The notes below the pieces were generated by a model, which saw only the letters and a list, made by a program, of their open reading frames with translations, was not told the origin of the DNA and did no database searches. A stretch of 64,000 bases of DNA, from the NCBI GenBank assembly GCA_963727445.1, contig CAVSGI010000027.1:288001-352000 (forward strand), written 5' to 3'. The DNA is from an uncultured delta proteobacterium (lineage in GTDB: Bacteria > Myxococcota_A > Polyangia > Polyangiales > B10-G4). The stretch's first letter is position 1; each line of letters starts with the position of its first letter. Shown here piece after piece: positions 55,432 to 64,000 of the stretch. The translations under genes and the position numbers were made by a program.

Positions 55432-58081
55432 TCACTCGGCGGAGGCGGGCCCGACCGAGCGCAGCGGCGTCCCGCGCGCGACGACCAAGTCGCGCAGGTG
55501 ACGCCGCGGCCCCCGGCCGAAGCGCCGGAGCCAGAGATCGACGACCACCAGCAGCGCCGCCAGCAGCAGCGCGAAGGGCCAGAGCGCCATCATCGCTGGC
55601 AGACGCGTCGCGGTGCCCCGAAGCACGTCCGCGGGCGCAGGATCCACCGCGCCGCCGCCTGCGGCCGCGATGGCGGAGAGGCGGAGGTCGTCCGGTCCCA
55701 GCGCATCCATCTCCGAAGCCGAGTCGTCGAAGCCGACCGCTTCCGCCAGGAGCTGTCCGTGATCGTCACGCACGCGCGCGAGGGCGTAGGGCGCATCGGC
55801 GCGCGCGCGCCCCCGATAGAGACCGGGCGCGATGCGCACGAGCGACATCTGGATCGGCTTTTCGTGTCCGGTCTCGTCGAGGGTGAAGACGTCGACGGTA
55901 TCGGGCACGCTCCGCGCGTCTTCGGGCATCTCCACCGTCAGCTCGAGGCTCCCTTCGCGGACGTCGAGTCGCGCATCGGCGAACGCGGGCGCGCGCCGCC
56001 GCATCGCGTAGCGCCCGAGCTGACGAAAGAGCTGACCGCCGCCCGGCCACGCACCCCAGCTCTCGCTCCAGCGCCCGCCCGCGTCGGTGGTGAGCGCCAC
56101 CACCGTGCCGAGGCCGTAGCGCCAGCTGGCGAGGAGCGGCCGTCCGTCGGGCGCCACCAGCGCCGTGTCTGCCGTCGGGCGACGGTTCGTCTCGGCGTAG
56201 CCGAGGATCTCGGGCGCGTTCGAGAAGTCGATCCCGACGAGCGCGGGATGCGGATCGCCGAGATGAACCTGTGTGCTCTGTTCGCGATGATTGCTGCGCG
56301 CGGTGGCGCGCGTCTCGGCGACGAAGATGCGGCGCAGCTCCGTCCCCCGGCTCGTCAGATAGAAGCGCCCTCCCCCGGCGAAGGCGAGGTCCCGCAAGAA
56401 GCCCACGTCCGAGTCCTCGCTGCCGCCGATACCCACCACGCTGGTGGTGATCCCCGCCATCTGCGCGGTCTGCGCGAGAGACACCGCCGACTCGGCGCCT
56501 GCGGGGCACGGCGGGAAGGGACAGCCGCCCCACTGCTCCTCCGAGTCCGCGGTGTCGCTGAAGAGGATGACGTGGCGGATGGGCTCGGGGGCGCTGGTGA
56601 GCGTCTCGTAAGCATCCACGAGGGCCGTGTAGACGTAGATCCCGCCGCCGCCGAGCGACATCGAGCGAATGCGCTCCCGGCTCGCCAGCAGATCGGCCGC
56701 GGGTGAGAGCGGGGCGTGCCAGTTGGTGACCACGTCCACGCTGGCGATGCCGACGCAATCGGTCGGCCTCAGGGTCGACGCCGAGGCGAGTGCCGCTTCG
56801 ATGGCGAGCTGGAGCTTGGTGTGGCTGCCGACCATCGCGCCCATCGAGCCCGAGCGGTCGAGCATGATCGCGAGGGCCACGTTCGGATCCTCGACGTCGC
56901 CGGCGTCTTCGACCTCCACCGGCAGCATCCGCGACAGCGGCGTCCCCGCGTACTCGGGGCTGAAGCCGAAGGCGCCGCCGGTCACGATCAAGCCGCCGCC
57001 CCGTTCGCGCACGTAGCTGAGGAGCTCGCGCTGACCCGCGGTGGTGACGCCCGAAAGGAGCGTGACCTCACCCTCTCGTGCCACCGGGACGTCCGCGAGG
57101 ACGACCAGTTCGTAGGCGCTCAGGCGCGCGGCATTGATCTCCGTCTCGTCGAGGGCCTCGACCTCCACCGACACGTCCGACTGCTCGAGGGCGTCGACGA
57201 GCAAGCCCGGCCGCTCCCCGGCGAGGGTCAGGACCAGGGCGCGCGGATTGCCGCTCACCAGCGTCACCGCGCCGCCGGACATCGTCCCGAGAGGCGTCGA
57301 CTTCCCCGTGTCCTGCGCGTCGAGTCGCGCCTCCACGACGTGCACGCCGGAATCCGGCGTCGGGCGAGAGGTAGCGCGCCTCGGCCCGGCCGTCGTCGCC
57401 GACGGTGATCCACTCCGTCTGACTGGCGTGGCCGTCGGCTGTCCACGAGAGCAGGCCCGAGGTCCCCGGCGGACCGGAGAGCTCGGCGATCACCTCCACC
57501 GGCTCACCCTCGACCACGCGCTCCTGCACCGCACGCACGCTCCCGAGGGTCAGATGGGCCGGCACCTCGGCCCCCATCGGCACCACGTCCACCGTGATGC
57601 CCAGGGCGCGCTGCCGCTCCACCTCTTCGAGGACGTCTCCGCGGGTGTCGCGCCCGTCCGTCATCAGGACGATGCGTCGCGAGCCGGCATCCGGCAGCGA
57701 GGCGGCCGCGAGCCGCACCGCCGCAGCGAGATCCGTGCCCTGGTGCGCATCGTTTTCGAAGAGGGTCTCGTTCGGGAGCGCGCCGCCGACCGGGACGCGA
57801 ACGTCGGGTCGCCTCCCGGCCACCACCAGCCCTGTCGCGACGTTCGGCTGGTCGGCCGACGCCAGGAAGGCCTCGCGGACGTGCACCTCCGCCTTCACCA
57901 GATCGAGCGCACCGATGCTCGGCGACTGGTCGACGACATAGACCACCGACGTCGCGTCGCTCGGCGCCTCAATCGCCGGCAGGAGCGGAGACGCGAGGAC
58001 CAACAGGACGGCCAGGAGGCGAAGCACGGTGGCCGCTCGGCGCGCGCCGCCCTCCGCCCGCTTCTTCGGCGCCTCGCTCAT
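55432..58081 (-). CDS. VWA domain / glutamine-amidotransferase-like membrane protein, split by an apparent +1 frameshift near 57351
   Basis: VVDQSPSI, GTDLAAAV, IVLMTDG in frame 1; GGGLIVTGG, MLDRSGSM, PLLASWRYGLG in frame 2. Confidence 0.82.
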
Positions 58082-59733
58082 GCCCACCCCTTTCGCCACG
58101 CCACGAGCTCGACCAGCAGCAGCAGCGACGCGAAAGCCGCGAGCCAGACGGGCGGCGAGGCGGGGATGCCAATCCCGGGAGCGTCCACGTCCGTGACCGC
58201 CGCCACCAGGGGTCCTTCGGCGAGGGTGACCTCGTCGTGAGGCGTCGTCTCCGCCACCGCCATCGCGTCCGCGCCCCGGAGGAACGTGACAGAGTTCGCG
58301 AGGAGGACCGGAAAGGCCACCCTGAGCACCATGTCGCTGCCCACCGGATCGATGCCGACGTAGACCCAGCGCTGTCGGCCCGCACCACCGGATGCCATCA
58401 CCGTCCCGCCGTCGAGCTCGACCAGACCGCGCGCCTGTCCCGGCGGATCGATGGCGAAGGCCCGCGTGATGCTGAGGCCGTCGAGGGCGACCCCGCGCAG
58501 AAGTGCCGCGCGCTCGTCCACCGAGCGGAGCGCCGTGTCCTCGCCCTCGAGTGGGCGTGGCGCATCCACGGGAAGCGCGCCCGTCGCGGTCCCCACGTAG
58601 AGCGTCGGCGCATTCAGATGGCGCACCGGGCCCTCCCCGAGCACCACCGCCAGGTCGTGCGCGCCCGCCTGGGCGTGCGCCTCTTCCGGGCTCGCCTCCG
58701 TGATCTCGGAGACGCCCGCCGCCTCGAGGGCGCGGCGCGCGAAGAAGCGGGCGGCGCCCTCCTCCGCGCCGCCGACGAGCAGCACGCGAGGTGGCGTGAG
58801 GGTGGGCGCGTCGAGCACCGCGCGGTCGTCGCTCTCGAGGGCGTCGGGCAACCCGTCGAGGGGCGAGACGGTGGCGACGAGCTCGCCGCCGCTCAGATGA
58901 ACGCGGATAGCGACCTCCCCCTCTTCTGCTGGGGGCACCTCCACACGCGAGCGCGCGAGCACCACGTCGCCCGCGGCGATCACCACCTCGCCGACCCGCG
59001 CCTCGCTGCCGCTCGACGCCACCGCCACCATCACCTCCCGCTCCGCCGCGTCCATGGCGTCGACCGGAGGACGGGACGCGAGGGCGGTGATGCCGAGGTT
59101 GTGCCGGGCCTCACCCACCTGGTGGCGGACCAGCGGAATCCCCTGCGCGTGGCGCGGTGGATCGCCGCCGTTCTGCCCACCGTCGGTCACCACCACCACG
59201 CGCGCCCCCGACCAACCGCGCACCAGCTCTGCGCCGAGGTCGATGGCCGCGCCCAGGTCCGCTTCGCCGCGCCGCAGGTCGAGGGCGTCCAGCGATGCGG
59301 CGAGGAGCTCGGCGTCATCGGTCGGCCCGACGAGATGCTCCACCGCGGGGCCGGCCGCGATGATCGCGTAGCGGTCGGTGGCGCCCCGGGAGTCGAGGTA
59401 GCGCTCGGCGATGCGCCGCGCCTCCGCGAGCGGCTCGCCCTCCATGGAGGAGGAGACGTCAATCACCAGCGCCACCGTCGTGCCGGTGGAGCGACCGAGG
59501 GGACGCGCGGCGGCGATGGCGAGGAGCGACACCGCGCCGATACACGCGAGCAGGGCCACGAGGCGCGTGAAGAAGCGAAGGCGGCGATTGCGCACGCGAC
59601 TGATGGCGACGCGCCGCCACAGGTGCGTGGAGGGCACGGTGACGCTCTTCTTCCGCGTCCGGACCAGAAAGGCGATCAGCACCGGCAGCCCCAGGAGGAG
59701 CGCGAAGAGGAAGAAGGGCGCGGCGAAGCTCAT
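58078..59733 (-). CDS. BatA and VWA domain-containing protein
   Basis: MSFAAPFFLFALL..VPSTHLW..AAARP, VIDVSSSM, VVVTDG. Confidence 0.88.
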   Translation of the reverse strand: MSFAAPFFLFALLLGLPVLIAFLVRTRKKSVTVPSTHLWRRVAISRVRNRRLRFFTRLVALLACIGAVSLLAIAAARPLGRSTGTTVALVIDVSSSMEGEPLAEARRIAERYLDSRGATDRYAIIAAGPAVEHLVGPTDDAELLAASLDALDLRRGEADLGAAIDLGAELVRGWSGARVVVVTDGGQNGGDPPRHAQGIPLVRHQVGEARHNLGITALASRPPVDAMDAAEREVMVAVASSGSEARVGEVVIAAGDVVLARSRVEVPPAEEGEVAIRVHLSGGELVATVSPLDGLPDALESDDRAVLDAPTLTPPRVLLVGGAEEGAARFFARRALEAAGVSEITEASPEEAHAQAGAHDLAVVLGEGPVRHLNAPTLYVGTATGALPVDAPRPLEGEDTALRSVDERAALLRGVALDGLSITRAFAIDPPGQARGLVELDGGTVMASGGAGRQRWVYVGIDPVGSDMVLRVAFPVLLANSVTFLRGADAMAVAETTPHDEVTLAEGPLVAAVTDVDAPGIGIPASPPVWLAAFASLLLLVELVAWRKGWA

Positions 59734-60674
59734 CGCGCGCTCCGAGCGAGGAACGCGCTGGCGAGGGCCTTTCCGACCACCGAGTCGAAGGGCTCTTCGG
59801 TGGTGGCGCGCAGCACCGGGGCGTCGAGCTCGAGGAGCGCCTGATCGATCTCGGCGCGATGCGCTTCGAGGGCGGCCAGGTACGCCTCGCGGGCGCCGCC
59901 CGCGGGCAGCTCGACAATCTCCCCCGTCTCCTCGTCCTCGAGCTCGGCGCCCGAAGAGATGGGGGGATCGATCTCGAAGGGATCGAGGACCTCCACCAGC
60001 GCCACCTCGTGACCGCGAGCGGAGAGGGAGCGGAGGGTCGTGGTGACGCCCTCGGGATCGAAGCAGTCGCTGAGCACGATGCAGAGGCCTCGGCCCCGCG
60101 CGACCGCGCCGGCGGCTCCCGCGGCGCGGGCGAGGTTCGTCTTGCCGCGGGGCTCGAGCCCATCGAGCACGCGCAACAGACGCGCGAGCCCCTTTCTGCC
60201 GCTGGTCGCGGTGAGCGCCGCCCCCGGCGCCTCGTCCACCGCCACCGCCGCCACCCGGTCCTCGCCCGAGAGCGCGACCGCCGCGAGCCCGGCGGCGATG
60301 CGGCAGGCCTGGCGCAGCTTGGTCGGCGCGCCGAAGCCCATCGAGGCGCTCTGGTCGACGATCAACACCAATCGGAGCGGCGCCTCGTCGGCGACCACCC
60401 GGGTCAACAAGCGCTCGAGGCGCGCGAAGGCGGGCCAGGCGATGCGCCGCGGATCGTCGCCGAGCGCGTAGGGGCGGGTGTCGATGGCGTCGGTGCCGCT
60501 GCCGATGCGCCGCGTGCGCCGGCGGCCCTTTCGCCGCGCCTCGGGGATGCGCCGCGCCACGAGCGCGAGCCGCGCGAGGCGCGCGGCCATCTCCGGATCC
60601 AGGAGCGAGGCGTCGGGCGCCGGCGCTTCCGAGAGCGCGGATGCGCCCTCGGGGATGGCCCCTTCGGCGATCAC
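59730..60674 (-). CDS. DUF58 domain protein
   Basis: RPYALGDDPRRIAW, IVDQSASMGFG..TK, IVLSD, EDEETGE. Confidence 0.9.
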   Translation of the reverse strand: MIAEGAIPEGASALSEAPAPDASLLDPEMAARLARLALVARRIPEARRKGRRRTRRIGSGTDAIDTRPYALGDDPRRIAWPAFARLERLLTRVVADEAPLRLVLIVDQSASMGFGAPTKLRQACRIAAGLAAVALSGEDRVAAVAVDEAPGAALTATSGRKGLARLLRVLDGLEPRGKTNLARAAGAAGAVARGRGLCIVLSDCFDPEGVTTTLRSLSARGHEVALVEVLDPFEIDPPISSGAELEDEETGEIVELPAGGAREAYLAALEAHRAEIDQALLELDAPVLRATTEEPFDSVVGKALASAFLARSAR

Positions 60675-61708
60675 TCGACCGGGGTCCCCTCGATGGCCCG
60701 CTGAACGAAGTGGTCAGCGTCGAGCCCCTGCGCTTCGGCTTCGAAGCCGAGGACGATGCGATGGCGCAGCACGGAAGGGGCGACGTGCAGGATGTCGTCC
60801 ACGGCCACGGCCGCGCGCCCCGCCATCAGACAGCGCACGCGGGCGCACGCCATGAGCGCTTGCGCTGCGCGGGGACCCGCGCCGTAGCGCACCTCGCGGG
60901 GCTCGTGGGTCGCGAGGACCAGGCGCGCTGCGTGGCGCTCCACGTGGGCCGCCGCCGGGATGGTGCGCGCGAGCGCCTGCACCTCGAGGAGCTCGGCCGG
61001 GTCGGTGATGGGCGCGGGCGGAGCCGGCTCGGAGGGGCGCGCGCCGATGGCGGTGAGCGCTTCGAGGCTCGGCATCTTCAAGACGAGCTTCACCAGGAAG
61101 CGGTCGAGCTGAGCCTCGGGCAGCGGGAAGACGCCCTCCATCTCGATCGGGTTCTCGGTGGCGAGGACGAAGAAGGGCGCGGGCAGGGGACGCGGCGTCC
61201 CCTCGACGGTCACCGTGCGCTCGGCCATCGCCTCGAGGAGCGCGCTCTGGGTCTTCGGCGTCGCCCGGTTAATCTCGTCGGCGAGCACCAGGTTCGCGAA
61301 GATGGGACCTGGCCGATACTGGAGGTCCTTGCCGCCGCGCTCGGTGGTGATCACCAGCGAGGTGCCCACCACGTCGCTCGGCATCAGGTCGGGCGTGAAC
61401 TGGATCCGGGCGAAGTGCCCGTCCACCAGGGTCGAGAGCGTCCGGACGAGATGCGTCTTGCCGAGCCCCGGCGCGCCCTCGAGCAGAACGTGACCGCCCG
61501 CGAGGAGCGCCATCACCACGGCTTGCACCGTCTCGTCCTGGCCGATGATCACCTCGCGGATCGATTCCACCAGACGCGCAGCCAGCGCCTGGCCCCGCTC
61601 GAGTGATTCCTCCGCGGCCAGGGTCGGGGCGACGTGGGGCCCGGACTCCTCCGGTCCCGCCTCGCGACTCTCCGCCTCCTCCGCGACTACCTTGAGCTCC
61701 GCCTTCAT
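60671..61708 (-). CDS. moxR: MoxR family AAA+ ATPase
   Basis: GHVLLEGAPGLGKT, RIQFTPDLMPSD, LADEINRATPKTQSALLEAM, ATENPIEMEG, LPEAQLDRF. Confidence 0.95.
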   Translation of the reverse strand: MKAELKVVAEEAESREAGPEESGPHVAPTLAAEESLERGQALAARLVESIREVIIGQDETVQAVVMALLAGGHVLLEGAPGLGKTHLVRTLSTLVDGHFARIQFTPDLMPSDVVGTSLVITTERGGKDLQYRPGPIFANLVLADEINRATPKTQSALLEAMAERTVTVEGTPRPLPAPFFVLATENPIEMEGVFPLPEAQLDRFLVKLVLKMPSLEALTAIGARPSEPAPPAPITDPAELLEVQALARTIPAAAHVERHAARLVLATHEPREVRYGAGPRAAQALMACARVRCLMAGRAAVAVDDILHVAPSVLRHRIVLGFEAEAQGLDADHFVQRAIEGTPVE

Positions 61709-63498
61709 CCTTCGTTTCCTTCCTGCGCTTCGCCCGCGGGCGTTGGTTCGCCTGCGCCGGGGCGAATTCCTTCGAAGTACCGCCGCACCGCTTGCCGCCG
61801 GAGCGGCGGGATCGACTCGTCCGTCATCGCTTCCTCCGCGATGGCGCCATAGCTCGGGAAGACCTCGCGATAGGCGTGGGTCGGCTCACCGTTCTGGCCG
61901 AGACCGCGCACCGCCTGGGTCGCGCGCTCGCCCTCCCCCACCCGAGAGCGCGCACGAGCCGAATGGTCGACGTCGAGCCCTTCGCGCCCGTCGCCGCCGC
62001 GGTCCGGCACGTGACCGCCCGGGCCGGGTGCGGGCCGGCCGTCGCGCCCCTCGCCCATCGCGGCGAGGCGCTCCGCGAGCGCACGCCTCAGCGCCGCCAT
62101 CTCGTCCGCGGAGGCGCCGCCCTGCGCGGCGCCTTCGCCCTCCCCGTCGCCGTCGCCCTGGCCCATCGCCATCCCGCGCTGGCCTTCCCCTTCGCCCTCG
62201 CGCCCCGCCATGGCGAGCTGGACGGCGCGCTCGAGGAGGCCCGTGGCTTCCATCAAGCGGGCGAGGGCCTCGGCCTGCCGCCCCGCGGCCTCGCGCGCGC
62301 GCTCCATCTGCTGCGCCTGCTCTGCAGCCCGCTCGAGCGCCTCGGCGGCCGCGCGGCGGTCGCCGCGCGAGAGCTCTTCGGCCGCGCGCCGCAGCGCCTC
62401 CGCCGCGCGGCTGGCCTCGTCGCTCCCATTCTGCTCCGCCTCCTGGCGCATGGCCTCGGCCGCCCGCGACAGGCGCTCGAGGGTGCGCTGCCGCTCCTCC
62501 TCGGCCGCCTCTGCCTGCGAGGGCTCGCGCGTTTGTCGCGCGAGCAACCTGAGTGATTCCGATGCGTCGCCGCTCGAAGCTCGACGCGCGCTCCCCGCCC
62601 CGCTCCGCTCCTCGAGCGACTGCGAGAGCCGCGACAGGGTCCGCGAGAGCGCACGCTCTCGCGCGCTCCGCTCGCGCCCGGCGCGCCCCACCTCACCGAG
62701 CTCGGACAGGGCGCGCTGCCGGTCGCCGCGACGCGCCGCGTCCGCGGCGCGGCGGGCGCGCTCGGCCATCTCGCGCATCGAGTCGCGCTCTTCCGACGAC
62801 GCGCGGCCGCGTCGCGGCCCCGCCTCGCGCTCGCGCTCGGTCTCACGCTCGGCGTCGGCCGCGGCCTCGCGCGCGAAGCGCGTCGCGGCGGCCTCGAGCA
62901 CCTGGGCGCTTCGCGTCTCGAGACTGGTGGGCGGGTCGAGGAGCGCTGCCACCCGCACCGGGTCGTAGGCGCCGATGGCCAGGCCGAGGAGGATCGCGGG
63001 CGCGAAGAGGGCGACCTTTCGCCGGCCGGGCATCAGCGACGGGAGCGGGAAGGCCCGCGCCACGTCGATGGCCGCTGCCGCTTCCTCCGCGCGGGCGCGC
63101 GCCAAGCCGACGAGCGGCCCGTCGTGATCGCCCTCCGCGAAGGCCCAACCGCTCGCCACCACCTCCGGATGACCGCCCGCCTCGTCGAGCGCCCGGGCCG
63201 CCGCGAGCGGCTTCGGCCCGCGGCGACGTCCCACCACCACGAGGGCGAGGGCGCCGAGGGCGAGGACGGAGAGGAAGAACGCGGCGGAGCGAGCGAGGCC
63301 CTCCCAGAGCATGGCCTCGTCCGACAGCGGCCAGAGCAGCGGGCGGAGCGCGGCGACGAGGAGCGCAGCGCCGAGGACGAAGGCCCCTCTGCGCCTCAGC
63401 AGTCGGCGTCCGCTGATGCGGGCGAGGCGTCGCCGAGCGAGGGCGACGACCCGCTCCACCTGCCCTCGAGGGGCGCTCTCGGCTGCTCGCTCTCCCAT
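61705..63498 (-). CDS. Membrane-anchored coiled-coil protein, first gene of the MoxR operon
   Basis: Three N-terminal hydrophobic segments, Ala/Glu/Arg coiled coil, C-terminal IPPLRRQAVRRYF; start uncertain. Confidence 0.75.
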   Translation of the reverse strand: MGERAAESAPRGQVERVVALARRRLARISGRRLLRRRGAFVLGAALLVAALRPLLWPLSDEAMLWEGLARSAAFFLSVLALGALALVVVGRRRGPKPLAAARALDEAGGHPEVVASGWAFAEGDHDGPLVGLARARAEEAAAAIDVARAFPLPSLMPGRRKVALFAPAILLGLAIGAYDPVRVAALLDPPTSLETRSAQVLEAAATRFAREAAADAERETEREREAGPRRGRASSEERDSMREMAERARRAADAARRGDRQRALSELGEVGRAGRERSARERALSRTLSRLSQSLEERSGAGSARRASSGDASESLRLLARQTREPSQAEAAEEERQRTLERLSRAAEAMRQEAEQNGSDEASRAAEALRRAAEELSRGDRRAAAEALERAAEQAQQMERAREAAGRQAEALARLMEATGLLERAVQLAMAGREGEGEGQRGMAMGQGDGDGEGEGAAQGGASADEMAALRRALAERLAAMGEGRDGRPAPGPGGHVPDRGGDGREGLDVDHSARARSRVGEGERATQAVRGLGQNGEPTHAYREVFPSYGAIAEEAMTDESIPPLRRQAVRRYFEGIRPGAGEPTPAGEAQEGNEG

Positions 63499-63515
63499 CC
63501 CGAGGCACCTTCGAC

Positions 63516-63530
63516 GCAATCCCGGTGCCA
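63516..63530 (-). promoter_or_regulatory. Putative sigma54 -24/-12 promoter for the MoxR operon
   Basis: Minus strand TGGCAC-CGGGA-TTGC, exact consensus spacing. Confidence 0.55.
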
Positions 63531-63698
63531 GCCTTTGGGACGCGCGAACAGCGCCCAAGTTCCGACAATTTGTCGGCGAGGGCGTGTTCAAAGAGACGCG
63601 GGGCTGTGGTGACGATGACCCGACGGCGGCCGGCGGCGCTCTCCGCGTCACCGACAAAGGGCTGTCAGGAAAGGACAGCCCTGTAGGAAGCTGTGTGA

Positions 63699-64000
63699 AT
63701 GAACACACTCGCGACCAGCTTCTTCAAAGGTCTGTTGATCGTGGTCCCCCTCGTCGCGACCGTTTACATCATCTATCTCGTCGTCACCGTCGTGGATGGG
63801 GTGCTGGGCATCCCCATCCCGGGCCTGGGCCTCGGCGTGGTGATGGTGGTGATCACCTTCATCGGCCTCTTGGCCTCGAACGCGATCGGCCGACGCTCCG
63901 TGGACGTGCTCGAGCGCCTCATCGACCGGCTACCCGTCGTGAAGCTCGTCTACCACTCGGTCAAGGACCTGATGGGCGCATTCGTCGGCGACAAGAAGAG
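63699..64000 (+). CDS. DUF502 family membrane protein (3' truncated by window edge)
   Basis: Manual translation MNTLATSFFKGLLIVVPLVAT...IPGLG...LIDRLPVVKLVYHSVKDL. Confidence 0.85.
   Translation, partial: MNTLATSFFKGLLIVVPLVATVYIIYLVVTVVDGVLGIPIPGLGLGVVMVVITFIGLLASNAIGRRSVDVLERLIDRLPVVKLVYHSVKDLMGAFVGDKK

Noticed and set aside
63600..63690. Riboswitch upstream of the DUF502 gene
   Set aside because: Two hairpins are present but I could not match a known riboswitch consensus; an Rfam scan would settle it

Overview
A GC-rich (about 70% by eye) bacterial chromosomal segment, most likely Myxococcota (inferred from an MrpC-like Crp regulator, a TIGR04551-like barrel, Cys-rich lipoproteins and an MglB-like fragment). 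Most of it is housekeeping or envelope genes: the 3' part of bamA, an amidase, skp, fabZ, tolC, mlaC, yicC-gmk, mscS, a lipase, a PhoB-like regulator divergent from a TonB-ExbB-ExbD-ExbD-receptor-lipoprotein operon, an FG-GAP protein, radA, RNase J, tig-clpP-clpX-lon, darP, an HtpX-like protease, tRNA-Val(TAC), a TetR-RND efflux operon, an adenylate cyclase and a MoxR/DUF58/VWA operon. The most unusual region is a 2.3 kb cassette (1140-3430) directly after bamA. It has two convergent four-helix-bundle (23S-IVP/Avd-like) genes, each with a 27-29 bp perfect inverted repeat over its translation initiation region, a 12 x 51 bp palindrome-rich tandem array, GGGA(A/G)C microsatellites and three direct copies of a 103-104 bp structured element. 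A second accessory region is a DUF222-like/HNH gene with three copies of a CTTTCCGCGCGGAAAG palindrome and an unannotated MglB-like fragment. Three further REP/MITE-like repeat types are present. Six genes are each split by one extra base, which looks like sequencing error. All family assignments are from motif recognition by eye; no searches were run.
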